A stretch of 64,000 nucleotides of DNA, from contig CBDCFN010000016.1 of assembly GCA_965216315.1 (NCBI GenBank), forward strand, positions 608,001 through 672,000. The letters are read 5' to 3'. Position numbers and translations under genes: made by a program. A model generated the notes under the pieces. It made no database searches. It saw nothing but the letters and a program-made list of their open reading frames with translations, and had not been told where the DNA came from. Positions 19,301 through 27,874 of this stretch are shown here, in pieces. Source of the stretch: a bacterium (GTDB lineage Bacteria; UBA10199; 2-02-FULL-50-16; JAJFLM01). Within the stretch, counting starts at the first letter, position 1. The number at the start of each line of letters is the position of its first letter.

Positions 19301-22193
19301 CCGCGGTGAGGCGATAGGAGCCGGCTTGCCTAGGTGTGATATCGCAGCTTCCGGGTTCACGTTTGGTTTTGGCTTCACAGCTGCCTTCGCTTTTCCATTC
19401 TTCGGAATATCCTTTGAGGTAGGCATTGCCGGCACCTTTGATACGCGCGGCTTTTCTGATGAGACGCTCCAGCGTCAATTTGACCGGAGATCCGGAGACG
19501 GGGGTTCCATTAGCATCGACGACAATGTATTCAAAGCGTGCCGGTTTATTGGCCGAGTAAACCCACTGAGTGGGGCGCAATCCGACGAGCCTATCGACAC
19601 CGACAAAAGCTGCCGTGGCCCGATTGGCGACCGATTTGCCGCGGTCATCTTGTACGGATGTTTCAACGAGTAGTTCGCCATACAGAATTTCCTGCTTGGG
19701 GATTTTGAATTCGGTTTGGTTACGGCCCTGGTCATCGAGGGCGCTCTCCGTTTGAAAAACCGTTACTTGGGGTTTGTCAAGAAAGGTGTCAAAGGAGAAG
19801 TTTTTGGCGACGGGGTGGCGTGGATAAAAATTCTTTTCACGGATAACGGCATTGACCTTTGCCTGTGCCTGCGTATAGGGCCCCCCCGAGTGTAGTTTTG
19901 CGAGGCTGGTCACTTCGACTTTATCATCTGTTTCAAACTGATCTCCGTTGAGACTGGTTTCAACTTTGAAAGGCGCAGGCGTGAAATCCGTGACGAGGAT
20001 GCGAAGGGGCCACCAGCTGCCTTTGTGGAAGTCCGCTTTTAGTTGAAACTGATACCAACCAATGGCTCCTTTTTTAGGGATCTTAAACTCACCATGAAAA
20101 CCGCCAAATTCGGATAAGGTGATGTCCTCGATTTTGTGAACTTCTTTGCCGGTGGGATCGGTGACAGTGAGTTTGTAGGTCTTGTTGGGCGCGGGAATAA
20201 GCGATTCGTTGTCTTGGTCCCGCACATAGATCTTAAACTGAATGGTGTCGCCGGCCCGGTAGAGGCCCTGGGCCGTGGTGCCCCATGCCCGCATATGACC
20301 ATGACGATTGCGCTGATAGGGGTAGACATCATTGGCAACCGAATAGCTGTCCACGATAAAGCGACCGTCGAGTGGAATGAGGGCCATGTCATCGCCCTTA
20401 GTAAGATAGAGAAACATTTTCTCTTTCTTGTCCGAGCTGTAAGAGCCGATATATTTCAGCTGAGGGTCCAAACTTTCGGTTCCGGGTAAAATTACCATGC
20501 CGTCGGCATCCGACAAACCTTGAGCGATAATGTCCGGTGAGAGTTCAAGCGTTTTTATCATGCCGCGTGTCACCTGAGTATTGACTCCGCTCACAGGTTT
20601 GCCCGTTGCGAGGTCAGTGATCCAAACCAGTGTGTTAAAATGACCCACTTTGGCGTGAACTTGGTAAGGTGTGACTTGTGCAAAGAGACGCCGCTCGCCC
20701 TCGTATTTTTTGATAGCAGGAGTACTACTTAAATTTCCGTAGATGGCTCCACTACTTCCTCCCGTGAGATCGCGGACTTTGAGCGGAATGGCAAAGGCAA
20801 TGTCTTCGGCTTTGGGCACAGAAACGGTTGCTTTTTGTTGTTGGTCGCGCTGCTTGGCTGTCAGTTTATTGTAATCTAAATCGACTCGGTCGAGATTGGT
20901 GACAATGAGCGGGACATGGGTCTCCACGTTTTTTTCCAATACCGCGGTATTGTGGTCGAGTACGTAGTCGGGCAGGCGATGATCGGTGAGAAAATGCATA
21001 TTCAAAGCCTTGCTAAGCGGGCGACCAAAACCATCTTTAATGCTCGTTGCCGGTAGTGTGATGAAAATGGACTTAAGCCGGTCCAGCCAGCCGTATTCAG
21101 GTGCTTTGTTAGTGAGGTGGTATTTTTCGAATGCTTTGAGCTGGTAGCTGATCGTCGCGCCATAAGTTTTTTTGCGCGTATGTGTCATGCTGATGCGTCG
21201 CTTGTGTGTCTCTGATTCTTGCTCTTCCGCTTTCTCTTTGGAAAACGGATCAGGCGTTAAGCTGATTTCCTGCTTGATGTGATTTCTTTGGACCGGGCTG
21301 CTAAATTGGAGCCGAACACGCTGGAGGGGGTTGCAGCGTTCTTGCTTATGCAACGGTTCGTCCGGTTTAATCAGGATATCTTTGTGCTCATTGGTCGTGC
21401 ATTTGATTCCGAGGAAGCGAAACTCGGGGAAGGTGTCGAATCCACTCAAGCGCGCATCTTCTTTAACGCTGGGTTCCGGTCCGTGGGAGGAGATGAGCCC
21501 AGGTTCTACGGCGAGAATGCCGTGAGAATTGGGAGGGAGCGCTTTTTCGGGGGAAACCAGCCAGATGCGCTGTGCCTCGCTGGCTATTTTGGCTTCATTG
21601 GGGACGGGTTCCACGGCAACAGCCATCCGCTTGGCGGTGTCGCCTTCCTCAGAGCTGTCTTGCGGAGAATAATCAATGAAAACGTGTTTAGCGACCGAGG
21701 TTTTCGTGACCGGCTGGTTGAAAGTGATGCGGAAGACCGGCATTTCGGGTCCGCGCCATTCGTACATCCAGGCATAGCGGACCTGAGGTCGTTTCGTGAT
21801 GAACTCATGTTTATGGACGGAAGCGATCGTGCCCCCGTCTTCGGCCTTGATTCCCGGTTGAATGATCAGTTTGTAACGATGAGCCGCTTTAAGGGCATCC
21901 TTTTTGCTGAGTTGGCAGGCGAGAGCACTTGTGTTGAGCCAGCGCCATTCACAGTTGAGCGGTGGCGTGATTTCAATCGGGATTTCGTCGGCCTTGCGCT
22001 CCATGCGTCCCAGTGGAACGACAGGTCGATTAAATTGGATGACAATCTGTTGCCCTGCGGGAACGTCTTCTCCTGTCGGCGTGATGCGCGTAATCTTGAG
22101 ATTTTTCGATTGAGGGAGAGGTTCTTGAGCCATGGCCGTACCTGTGAATAGGAGGAGGGCCAAACTGAGTCCTATGCCGACTTGCAGGCGCAT
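16383..22193 (-). CDS. Bacterial alpha-2-macroglobulin
   Basis: 1936 aa with signal peptide, LYRAGDTIQFK MG domain, LPDNLTGWR, thioester motif YPYSCWEQ, and C-terminal VVDDPVPGGLE...AEEMYDP. Confidence 0.93.
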   Translation of the reverse strand: MRLQVGIGLSLALLLFTGTAMAQEPLPQSKNLKITRITPTGEDVPAGQQIVIQFNRPVVPLGRMERKADEIPIEITPPLNCEWRWLNTSALACQLSKKDALKAAHRYKLIIQPGIKAEDGGTIASVHKHEFITKRPQVRYAWMYEWRGPEMPVFRITFNQPVTKTSVAKHVFIDYSPQDSSEEGDTAKRMAVAVEPVPNEAKIASEAQRIWLVSPEKALPPNSHGILAVEPGLISSHGPEPSVKEDARLSGFDTFPEFRFLGIKCTTNEHKDILIKPDEPLHKQERCNPLQRVRLQFSSPVQRNHIKQEISLTPDPFSKEKAEEQESETHKRRISMTHTRKKTYGATISYQLKAFEKYHLTNKAPEYGWLDRLKSIFITLPATSIKDGFGRPLSKALNMHFLTDHRLPDYVLDHNTAVLEKNVETHVPLIVTNLDRVDLDYNKLTAKQRDQQQKATVSVPKAEDIAFAIPLKVRDLTGGSSGAIYGNLSSTPAIKKYEGERRLFAQVTPYQVHAKVGHFNTLVWITDLATGKPVSGVNTQVTRGMIKTLELSPDIIAQGLSDADGMVILPGTESLDPQLKYIGSYSSDKKEKMFLYLTKGDDMALIPLDGRFIVDSYSVANDVYPYQRNRHGHMRAWGTTAQGLYRAGDTIQFKIYVRDQDNESLIPAPNKTYKLTVTDPTGKEVHKIEDITLSEFGGFHGEFKIPKKGAIGWYQFQLKADFHKGSWWPLRILVTDFTPAPFKVETSLNGDQFETDDKVEVTSLAKLHSGGPYTQAQAKVNAVIREKNFYPRHPVAKNFSFDTFLDKPQVTVFQTESALDDQGRNQTEFKIPKQEILYGELLVETSVQDDRGKSVANRATAAFVGVDRLVGLRPTQWVYSANKPARFEYIVVDANGTPVSGSPVKLTLERLIRKAARIKGAGNAYLKGYSEEWKSEGSCEAKTKREPGSCDITPRQAGSYRLTAEIHDTQNRVHKTQLHTWVVGSGYVLWDEGNDFNLKIIPEKESYRIGETARYLIKNPFPGAKALITIERYGILKHWVQTLDNSTSVLEFPVEPEFLPGFYLSAVVISPRVDKPLGKGNVDLGKPAFRIGYVRVPVRDPYNEMQVDIKTAEPVYKPRERVHVSVKAQPRHPKGKGPIELAVAVLDEAVFDMIQGGKKHFDPYEGFYRLDSLDLTNYNLITRLIGIQKFEKKGASPGGGGGSDVAMRSIFKFVSYWNPSIKTNENGEANFDFVLPDNLTGWRILTLAMTPSDRMGLGQGNFKVNRPTQILPALPNQVSLGDKFDAGFTIMNRTDKARTIEVKIQASGPIDAAATPNSYKTSVKLEPFKRTQVWMPLQTKRKQTKFATEALHFKVIAGDETDRDGLEHSIPVHTLVTFETAADYGTTTAQHTETSIQFPDQIRTDVGDLSVVLTPSVIGNVAGAFRYMADYPYSCWEQRLSKGLMASHYRNLKEYLPAELEWKESVEVTKSILEDAADFQSPSGAFTYYIPEDHYASPYLSAYTALAFNWLRKSGHQIPSSVEEKLLTYLDGLLKRNVVPGYYSQGMTSTVRAVALAALAQHGKVQRSDLERYRKHVDAMSLFGRAHFLQAALKVPNAADIAQEVLEKILAHSNQSGGKFQFNEELDDGFTRILATPLRSQCAILSSLVAAKEKTIPFKLVRTLTQARGRKDHWENTQENVFCMNALTDYSRVFENVTPDMTVDASLDGENFGDASFYALNDEAVTLKRPLKANDPGRKAKLTLDRDGEGRLYYATRLRYAYLKPREERINSGIEIRREYSVRRNNKWVLLKDDQLKRGDVVRVDIFIDLPTARYFVVVDDPVPGGLEPINRDLATASVLDAEAGDYQAAGGSYWFKFNDWSHYGVSRWSFYHQELRHNAVRFYSEYLAPGHYHLSYTAQAIATGNFGLFPIHAEEMYDPDIYGKGLPATLQISNN

Positions 22194-22257
22194 AGCAGGG
22201 CTCTAAACGAAGCCGGCTCATAAAGCAATCATCTAAAATATAGGGGGGAGTGAGGAG

Positions 22258-22291
22258 TGGGAGCTGCATTGAGTGCGCAATGCAGCTCCCA
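22258..22291. repeat. Perfect 14-bp inverted repeat upstream of the alpha-2-macroglobulin gene
   Basis: TGGGAGCTGCATTG-agtgcg-CAATGCAGCTCCCA. Confidence 0.75.
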
Positions 22292-22603
22292 GTGTTGCGT
22301 TGGGTTGTTGAAGTTACGTGTTAGAATAAAATTTTTGTTACACCTATCATCACACTAATTGCATTATCGCTTCCTTGGGGGCCCAAAGTTGCGAGGCTTT
22401 TTTCCGGTGGTCGTTGGGGCCACGCCAGCGCGAGGGGATGTCACGGGGATGGCTATGTAACTATATGATTTTAATGATTATTTTATGAGCCGCTGGGGAA
22501 GGAAAACTGTGTTCAAATGTCCACTGAAAGCCATTTGACAGCCCCTGCTATTCTGCATACCCTCGCGCTTTTCATAAACTCTCAAATCAGAAGGAACTAA
22601 CTC

Positions 22604-22987
22604 ATGCGCAAATTAAATGTACTTGGAATGATCTTAGCATGCTCCTTGGTCATGACTTTTATGGTGAGTAGTGCAATGGCCGCCTATGCAAAGGGTGATC
22701 GCGTCCTGGGCAAGTGGAAGGACAACCGCTGGTATCCGGCACGGGTCGCAGCGGTGTCAGGTGGCAATTACACGGTTAATTTTGACGATGGCGATGTATC
22801 GACCCTTCCCGAGGCCAAGCTGAAAAAGGTCGATTGGAAGGTCGGTACGGCAGTTCAATGCAATTGGAAACTTAGAGGAAAGTATTACCCTGGCAAGATT
22901 ACAAAAATGAATGGCGAGGCCGTTCACATTTCATACAATGATGGAGATCAAGAAGACATTACGATCTCTCGTTGCCGTACTCCATAA
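22604..22987 (+). CDS. Secreted protein with two tandem Tudor/Agenet-like (SH3-fold) domains
   Basis: AAGGA RBS, signal peptide ending SAMA, repeats KGDRVLGKWKDNRWYPARV...VNFDDGD and KVGTAVQCNW...YYPGKI...ISYNDGD. Confidence 0.8.
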   Translation: MRKLNVLGMILACSLVMTFMVSSAMAAYAKGDRVLGKWKDNRWYPARVAAVSGGNYTVNFDDGDVSTLPEAKLKKVDWKVGTAVQCNWKLRGKYYPGKITKMNGEAVHISYNDGDQEDITISRCRTP

Positions 22988-23012
22988 GGATTCTGAGTGA
23001 ATGCAACGCAAT

Positions 23013-23048
23013 AAAAAAAGCCCCGGTCATCTGACCGGGGCTTTTTTT
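23013..23048. terminator. Bidirectional intrinsic terminator
   Basis: AAAAAAAGCCCCGGTCA-tc-TGACCGGGGCTTTTTTT between two convergent genes. Confidence 0.92.
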
Positions 23049-23061
23049 GTGAAAATTGTTT

Positions 23062-23307
23062 CTAGCGTTTTTTGATGCGATGTGGGCCGACCGTTTCGTC
23101 CCAGCTGCTGCTCCAGCCATCATAATGAATACGATAGAGGCAAGGTTTGCCTTTGCGGACGTTTAAAATCGTTGCATTGTACCATTTACCTTTCCATACC
23201 ACGCGGACCTTTTGCCCGCTGTAGTAGAGGCAGGCATAGGCGGTAGCGGGGACGCTGGCAATGACGACGAAAAGACTTAAGACTATCGCAGCCGCAAATC
23301 GTTTCAT
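23062..23307 (-). CDS. Small secreted protein with one Tudor-knot/chromo-barrel-like domain
   Basis: AAGGAGGT RBS before ATG 23307, signal peptide ending AYA, GQKVRVVWKGKWYNATIL...YRIHYDGWSSSWDETV. Confidence 0.8.
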   Translation of the reverse strand: MKRFAAAIVLSLFVVIASVPATAYACLYYSGQKVRVVWKGKWYNATILNVRKGKPCLYRIHYDGWSSSWDETVGPHRIKKR

Positions 23308-23326
23308 AATGACCTCCTTCTTTAGC

Positions 23327-24889
23327 TTAATGACGAAAATGCCGAATTCCGGTAAATACAAGCGCAATCTCATGTTCATCGGCGGCTTGTATGACTTCCT
23401 CGTCCCTCATCGACCCGCCCGGTGATATAATGGCTGTGATGCCGAGTTTGGCAGCTTCGTCGATATTATCACGAAATGGAAAAAATGCATCCGATCCCAT
23501 TACGGCGCCTTTAATAGGGTGACGCGCCTTCATGGCGGCAATTTTAGTTGAATCAATGCGGCTCATCTGGCCGGCGCCGACGCCAATGCTGCGATCCGCG
23601 TAGGTGAAGACAATCGCATTGGATTTAACGTGTTTGGTGACCTTCCAAGCGAAATCGAGGGCGGCCCATTCTTCTTCGTTGGGTTGACGCTTTGTAGGGA
23701 CTTTGCACTCCCTGACCTTAACAACCTCTTGATCACGGCCTTGGACCAGAAGGCCTCCACTGATCTTGCGTAACATTTGTACATTGTTGGCCAGCGGCTC
23801 ACGCAAGCTGGGAAGTTTGAGGAGGCGCAAATTTTTCTTCTGTTTGAGAATGGCTAAGGCCCCCGCATCGTAGTCCGGTGCAATGACGGCTTCATAGAAA
23901 TCTTTGCGTATTTTTTCGGCTGTGTTTTCATCCACGCTGCGATTCAAGCCAATGATGCCGCCAAAGGCCGAGAGGGGGTCGCAATCAAGGGCCTTGTCAA
24001 AGGCTTCCTCGAGTGACTCGGTTGCGACTGCCACCCCGGCAGGATTGCTGTGTTTGATAATGACGCAGGCCGGATCTTCGAATTCTTTGACGATGGCCAG
24101 CGCGGCATCGAGGTCGAGAAAATTATTGTAAGAGAGTTCCTTGCCGTGGAGTTGTTCCGCGCGACTCAGTGCTGAGGCCTCCGGTTCGGGGTCTACATAG
24201 ATAGCGGCTTTCTGGTGCGGGTTTTCGCCGTAGCGCAGCTCCTGACGTTTTTTGAACGTGATTTGTAATTGTTCCGGAAAATCCGAAGCCGCGCTCTCGA
24301 CACCTTTTTCAAGGTACTGGGCGATGCAACGATCGTAATGCGCGGTAACCGCATAGGCTTTTTGGGCCAGCCGTCGGCGGGTGTCGCCACTGATAGAGCC
24401 GTTATCCTGCTGCATTTCGTTTAAGAGGGCTGCGTAATCCGCCGGATCCGTGACGACAACGACGTCGTTATGGTTTTTAGCGGCGGCGCGGATAAGGGTG
24501 GGCCCGCCGATATCAATGTTCTCGATCGCTTCCGCAAAGGAGGCGTCAGGGCGGGCAATGGTCTTTTCAAATTGGTAAAGATTAACGACAACCATATCAA
24601 TAAAGGAAATGTTGTGGTCAGAGGCTTGTTCTTGATGTTTTGGATTATCGCGAATGCCGAGTATGCCGCCCGCAATCTTGGGGTGCAGCGTCTTGACACG
24701 GCCATCCATGATCTCCGGAAAGTCGGTGACTTCACTAACGTCGCGCACGTCAATGCCGTGATCACGAAGAAATTGAGCTGTGCCGCCCGTCGAGATGATT
24801 TCGACGTCCAGGGCCTGGAGGCCCTTGGCAAAAGTATCGAGGCCAACCTTGTCAGTTACCGAAATAAGTGCGCGTTTGATCTCAGTCAT
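23327..24889 (-). CDS. purH: Bifunctional AICAR transformylase/IMP cyclohydrolase
   Basis: RALISVTDK, GRVKTLHP, IDIGGP, LRYGENPHQ, KHVKSNAI, SDAFFPF, RHFRH. Confidence 0.97.
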   Translation of the reverse strand: MTEIKRALISVTDKVGLDTFAKGLQALDVEIISTGGTAQFLRDHGIDVRDVSEVTDFPEIMDGRVKTLHPKIAGGILGIRDNPKHQEQASDHNISFIDMVVVNLYQFEKTIARPDASFAEAIENIDIGGPTLIRAAAKNHNDVVVVTDPADYAALLNEMQQDNGSISGDTRRRLAQKAYAVTAHYDRCIAQYLEKGVESAASDFPEQLQITFKKRQELRYGENPHQKAAIYVDPEPEASALSRAEQLHGKELSYNNFLDLDAALAIVKEFEDPACVIIKHSNPAGVAVATESLEEAFDKALDCDPLSAFGGIIGLNRSVDENTAEKIRKDFYEAVIAPDYDAGALAILKQKKNLRLLKLPSLREPLANNVQMLRKISGGLLVQGRDQEVVKVRECKVPTKRQPNEEEWAALDFAWKVTKHVKSNAIVFTYADRSIGVGAGQMSRIDSTKIAAMKARHPIKGAVMGSDAFFPFRDNIDEAAKLGITAIISPGGSMRDEEVIQAADEHEIALVFTGIRHFRH

Positions 24890-24907
24890 TGTTCTTCCTT
24901 ATCTGGC

Positions 24908-26287
24908 TTACCTGGCCGCCGCGGCGCCGAGGCCGAGTAGCGACTTAACATCATTGTCAACAAATTGGAAGCCCGCCCCGACGAACCAGTCAGTGGGAAT
25001 ATCGGGATTGAGCGGGTCATCAATGCCGCCTAAAACGAAGAAATTTCGGGTTAAATTAAGCGTACCCCACGCTTTGATATGCGGCCGCCGTCCGCCGTCC
25101 GTTCGAAAGTCCCACGCCGAGACGGAGGCCTTGAAAAACTTTTTCTGGTAATCAAAGCCGATACCGGCGCGCGATTCGATGAGACCGCCACGGATGGTGA
25201 AGTCATGAAAGTCCTGGGCGATCTGGGCGGAGAAACGAAACTGGTCCCGTTTGGTAATCTCCCGTTCGGTTTCGACGGTCGTGGTTGTTCCACCCGTTGT
25301 GACATCAGTCACAATGAGTTCCCGGTCCGGTGACGGCGTTGAGTCGGCAACAAACTCAAAGAGGAAAGCGCGATCCGGACGTGTGTTCAGGCCAACACTA
25401 ACGTAGTTTTTAAAGGCTTCGCTGCGCCCCAGATATTCAAGGTGATAGCCCATACTGAGTTCAAAGCCTGAGAAGCCCCCGATGGTCTCGTTGAGATTAG
25501 CGACCGCCTTGTTGAGTTCGTCGACTGTGGTCTCATCATTGACGAGGCGGCCGATGGTGCCGCGACCCTCATCGATCTTTTGTGCGATGCTGCGGATGTG
25601 CTGCATGCTGTTGGTCAGTTCGCCTCGATTTTGTTCGACCATGACGCGTAATTGCTGAGTAAGGGCGGCGAGATTCGCGACGACGCGGTTCATGTCGCCC
25701 TTGTTGTGTTGAGTGAATTCTTTCAAGTCTTTGGTGAAGTCCCGCATGTTGAGAACCATTTGAGTGACGGGGGCCTGCGACTTGTCATCGGGTGCTTTAA
25801 ATAAAGACTTCACTGACGACGTCATTTCTGACACGTCATCGGCAATTTCGTTGAGCTTGCCGCTCAACTGGGAAAGGTCGGCGAAAGGATTGGTGGCCTC
25901 GATCGTGTCGCCAGGTTTTAAGAAACCCTTTTCGCCGTCGCCTTGTTTAAGGTCAATGTAGGATTCTCCTAGGAACCCCTTGGTGCGCACCTGGGCCACC
26001 ACATCTTTCGTCAGTTTGACGTCCTTGTTGATGTTGAGGGAGACCTTGGCGGCGCGATTATCGATGAGCTTTGATTTTCCCAGGGTGCCGACCTGGATGC
26101 CGGCTATTTCAATCGGTGTTTTAGGAGTCAGGCCTTCGGCTGACTCCATGACGGCAAAGACCTCATAAGTGCCCGTTGAAAAAATACCGCCTTCTTGGCT
26201 TACGCGGATGGTGGCATAGGTGATGATGAGGATAATTGCGAGAGCGAAGAGACCTACTTTGATTTCTGTTCCTTGTATTTTTTTCAT
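24908..26287 (-). CDS. mlaD: MCE/MlaD family protein with extended C-terminus
   Basis: EIKVGLF N-terminal TM, GL...PIEIAGIQVG, KGFLGESYIDL, GRGTIGRLVND; in operon with mlaF/mlaE. Confidence 0.85.
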   Translation of the reverse strand: MKKIQGTEIKVGLFALAIILIITYATIRVSQEGGIFSTGTYEVFAVMESAEGLTPKTPIEIAGIQVGTLGKSKLIDNRAAKVSLNINKDVKLTKDVVAQVRTKGFLGESYIDLKQGDGEKGFLKPGDTIEATNPFADLSQLSGKLNEIADDVSEMTSSVKSLFKAPDDKSQAPVTQMVLNMRDFTKDLKEFTQHNKGDMNRVVANLAALTQQLRVMVEQNRGELTNSMQHIRSIAQKIDEGRGTIGRLVNDETTVDELNKAVANLNETIGGFSGFELSMGYHLEYLGRSEAFKNYVSVGLNTRPDRAFLFEFVADSTPSPDRELIVTDVTTGGTTTTVETEREITKRDQFRFSAQIAQDFHDFTIRGGLIESRAGIGFDYQKKFFKASVSAWDFRTDGGRRPHIKAWGTLNLTRNFFVLGGIDDPLNPDIPTDWFVGAGFQFVDNDVKSLLGLGAAAAR

Positions 26288-27024
26288 GAGGGTTGTTTTG
26301 CTGCGTAATGTCCGATGAAATGTTGTACGAATTTGTCATGTGAGCGGCGGAACTGATCCGGCGTTCCGACCTCGATAATATTTCCCCCATGGAGCATCGC
26401 TACTTGGTCTGCCACCTGAAATGTCGATTCGATATCATGACTGATTACGACTGAAGTCACTTTTAGTTGCTTTTGCATCGTGACAATCAGTTGGTTAATC
26501 GATTCCGCCGTTATCGGGTCCAGACCGGTGGTTGGCTCATCATAAAGAACGATTTTGGGTTCTAGCGCAATGGCCCGAGCGAGTCCAACCCTTTTTCTCA
26601 TGCCTCCAGACAGCTCTGAGGGGTGTTTATCATTAATTCCACTGAGACCGATCAGGGAGAGGTTGTGGTTGACGATCTCTAAGATCTCCTGCGGAGACTT
26701 GTCCGTGTGCTCTCGAAGCGGGAACGCGATGTTGTCCTCGACGGACAATGAGTCAAACAGGGCCGCGTTCTGAAAGAGCATGCCGAAGCGGCGGCGGAAG
26801 TCGTTGAGCGCGGCGGCGTCCAGTTGAGTGATATCCGTTCCATCGACATGGATATGACCTTCGTCGGGTTCCAATAATCCGATCATATTTTTGAGGAGGA
26901 CGGATTTTCCGGTTCCCGACTGCCCGAGAATCACGGCAATGCTGCCCGCTTCGATCTCTAAATTAACACCATTGAGGACTTTGTGCTCGCCAAAGGCTTT
27001 GCGGACGTTTTCCAGTTTAATCAT
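26284..27024 (-). CDS. mlaF: MlaF-type ABC transporter ATP-binding protein
   Basis: GQSGTGKS, FQNAALFDSL, LSGGMRKRVGLARA, YDEPTTGLDP. Start set at ATG 27024. Confidence 0.9.
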   Translation of the reverse strand: MIKLENVRKAFGEHKVLNGVNLEIEAGSIAVILGQSGTGKSVLLKNMIGLLEPDEGHIHVDGTDITQLDAAALNDFRRRFGMLFQNAALFDSLSVEDNIAFPLREHTDKSPQEILEIVNHNLSLIGLSGINDKHPSELSGGMRKRVGLARAIALEPKIVLYDEPTTGLDPITAESINQLIVTMQKQLKVTSVVISHDIESTFQVADQVAMLHGGNIIEVGTPDQFRRSHDKFVQHFIGHYAAKQPS

Positions 27025-27874
27025 TGAGGAAAAACTCCAGAATCCAAGCGGTGAGAAAATAATCGACAATGAGAATGAGGACGGAACTGATGACAACGGA
27101 ACGTGTTGTTGCGATGCCGACGCCCTTGGAGCCGCCTCGAGTTGCGTACCCTTGATAGCAGCTGACCACGGCGAGCAGAAATCCAAATACCGTCGCCTTA
27201 ATCAATCCTCCGATGATGTCTTCCGGGTCGACGTGATAAACAAGATTGTCAATGAAGTAAAAGGAATGGATGGAAAGAATCTTAATGGCGACGAAATAGC
27301 CTCCGACCACGCCAATATAGCTGAAAAGAGCACAGAGTAGGGGGGCCATGATCGTTGTGGCGAGGACGCGCGGGACAACGAGGAACTGAATGGGATTAAC
27401 GGCCATCGTCTTTAACGCGTCGATTTGTTCAGTAACACGCATGGAGCCAATTTCAGCGGCCATAGCGGATCCGCACCGCGCCGTGATCATGAGGGCCGTA
27501 AAGACGGGGGCGAGTTCACGCGTGAGGGAGAGGCCGATCGTGGAGCCGACGAGGTTTTCCGCATTAAAGAGTCGAAAGGCATAGCCCGTTTGCAGCCCGA
27601 GGACCGCCCCTGAAAACAGGCCGGTCAAGGCGATGATGGGGATGGAGCGAATGCCGATCAATTCCAGTTGGTTCAGCAGCTCTTGCCAACGAAAAGGGGG
27701 GCGCACGGTCCACGCAAAAAAACGGCGCGTAAAACCGATAACGGCGCCTAGCTCTTCGACAAAGTGCTTTAACATTCCGATGAGTAATTTAACTAAGGGA
27801 AGTTCAGTCAACCAACTTAGATTACTCTTTGTAGGCTCGGGGAACCCGTCCTGCGATTCTGGTAATGATTTCAT
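27017..27874 (-). CDS. mlaE: MlaE family ABC permease
   Basis: RELAPVFTALM, AAEIGSMRVTEQIDAL, GVGIATTRSVV. Start uncertain. Confidence 0.9.
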   Translation of the reverse strand: MKSLPESQDGFPEPTKSNLSWLTELPLVKLLIGMLKHFVEELGAVIGFTRRFFAWTVRPPFRWQELLNQLELIGIRSIPIIALTGLFSGAVLGLQTGYAFRLFNAENLVGSTIGLSLTRELAPVFTALMITARCGSAMAAEIGSMRVTEQIDALKTMAVNPIQFLVVPRVLATTIMAPLLCALFSYIGVVGGYFVAIKILSIHSFYFIDNLVYHVDPEDIIGGLIKATVFGFLLAVVSCYQGYATRGGSKGVGIATTRSVVISSVLILIVDYFLTAWILEFFLND

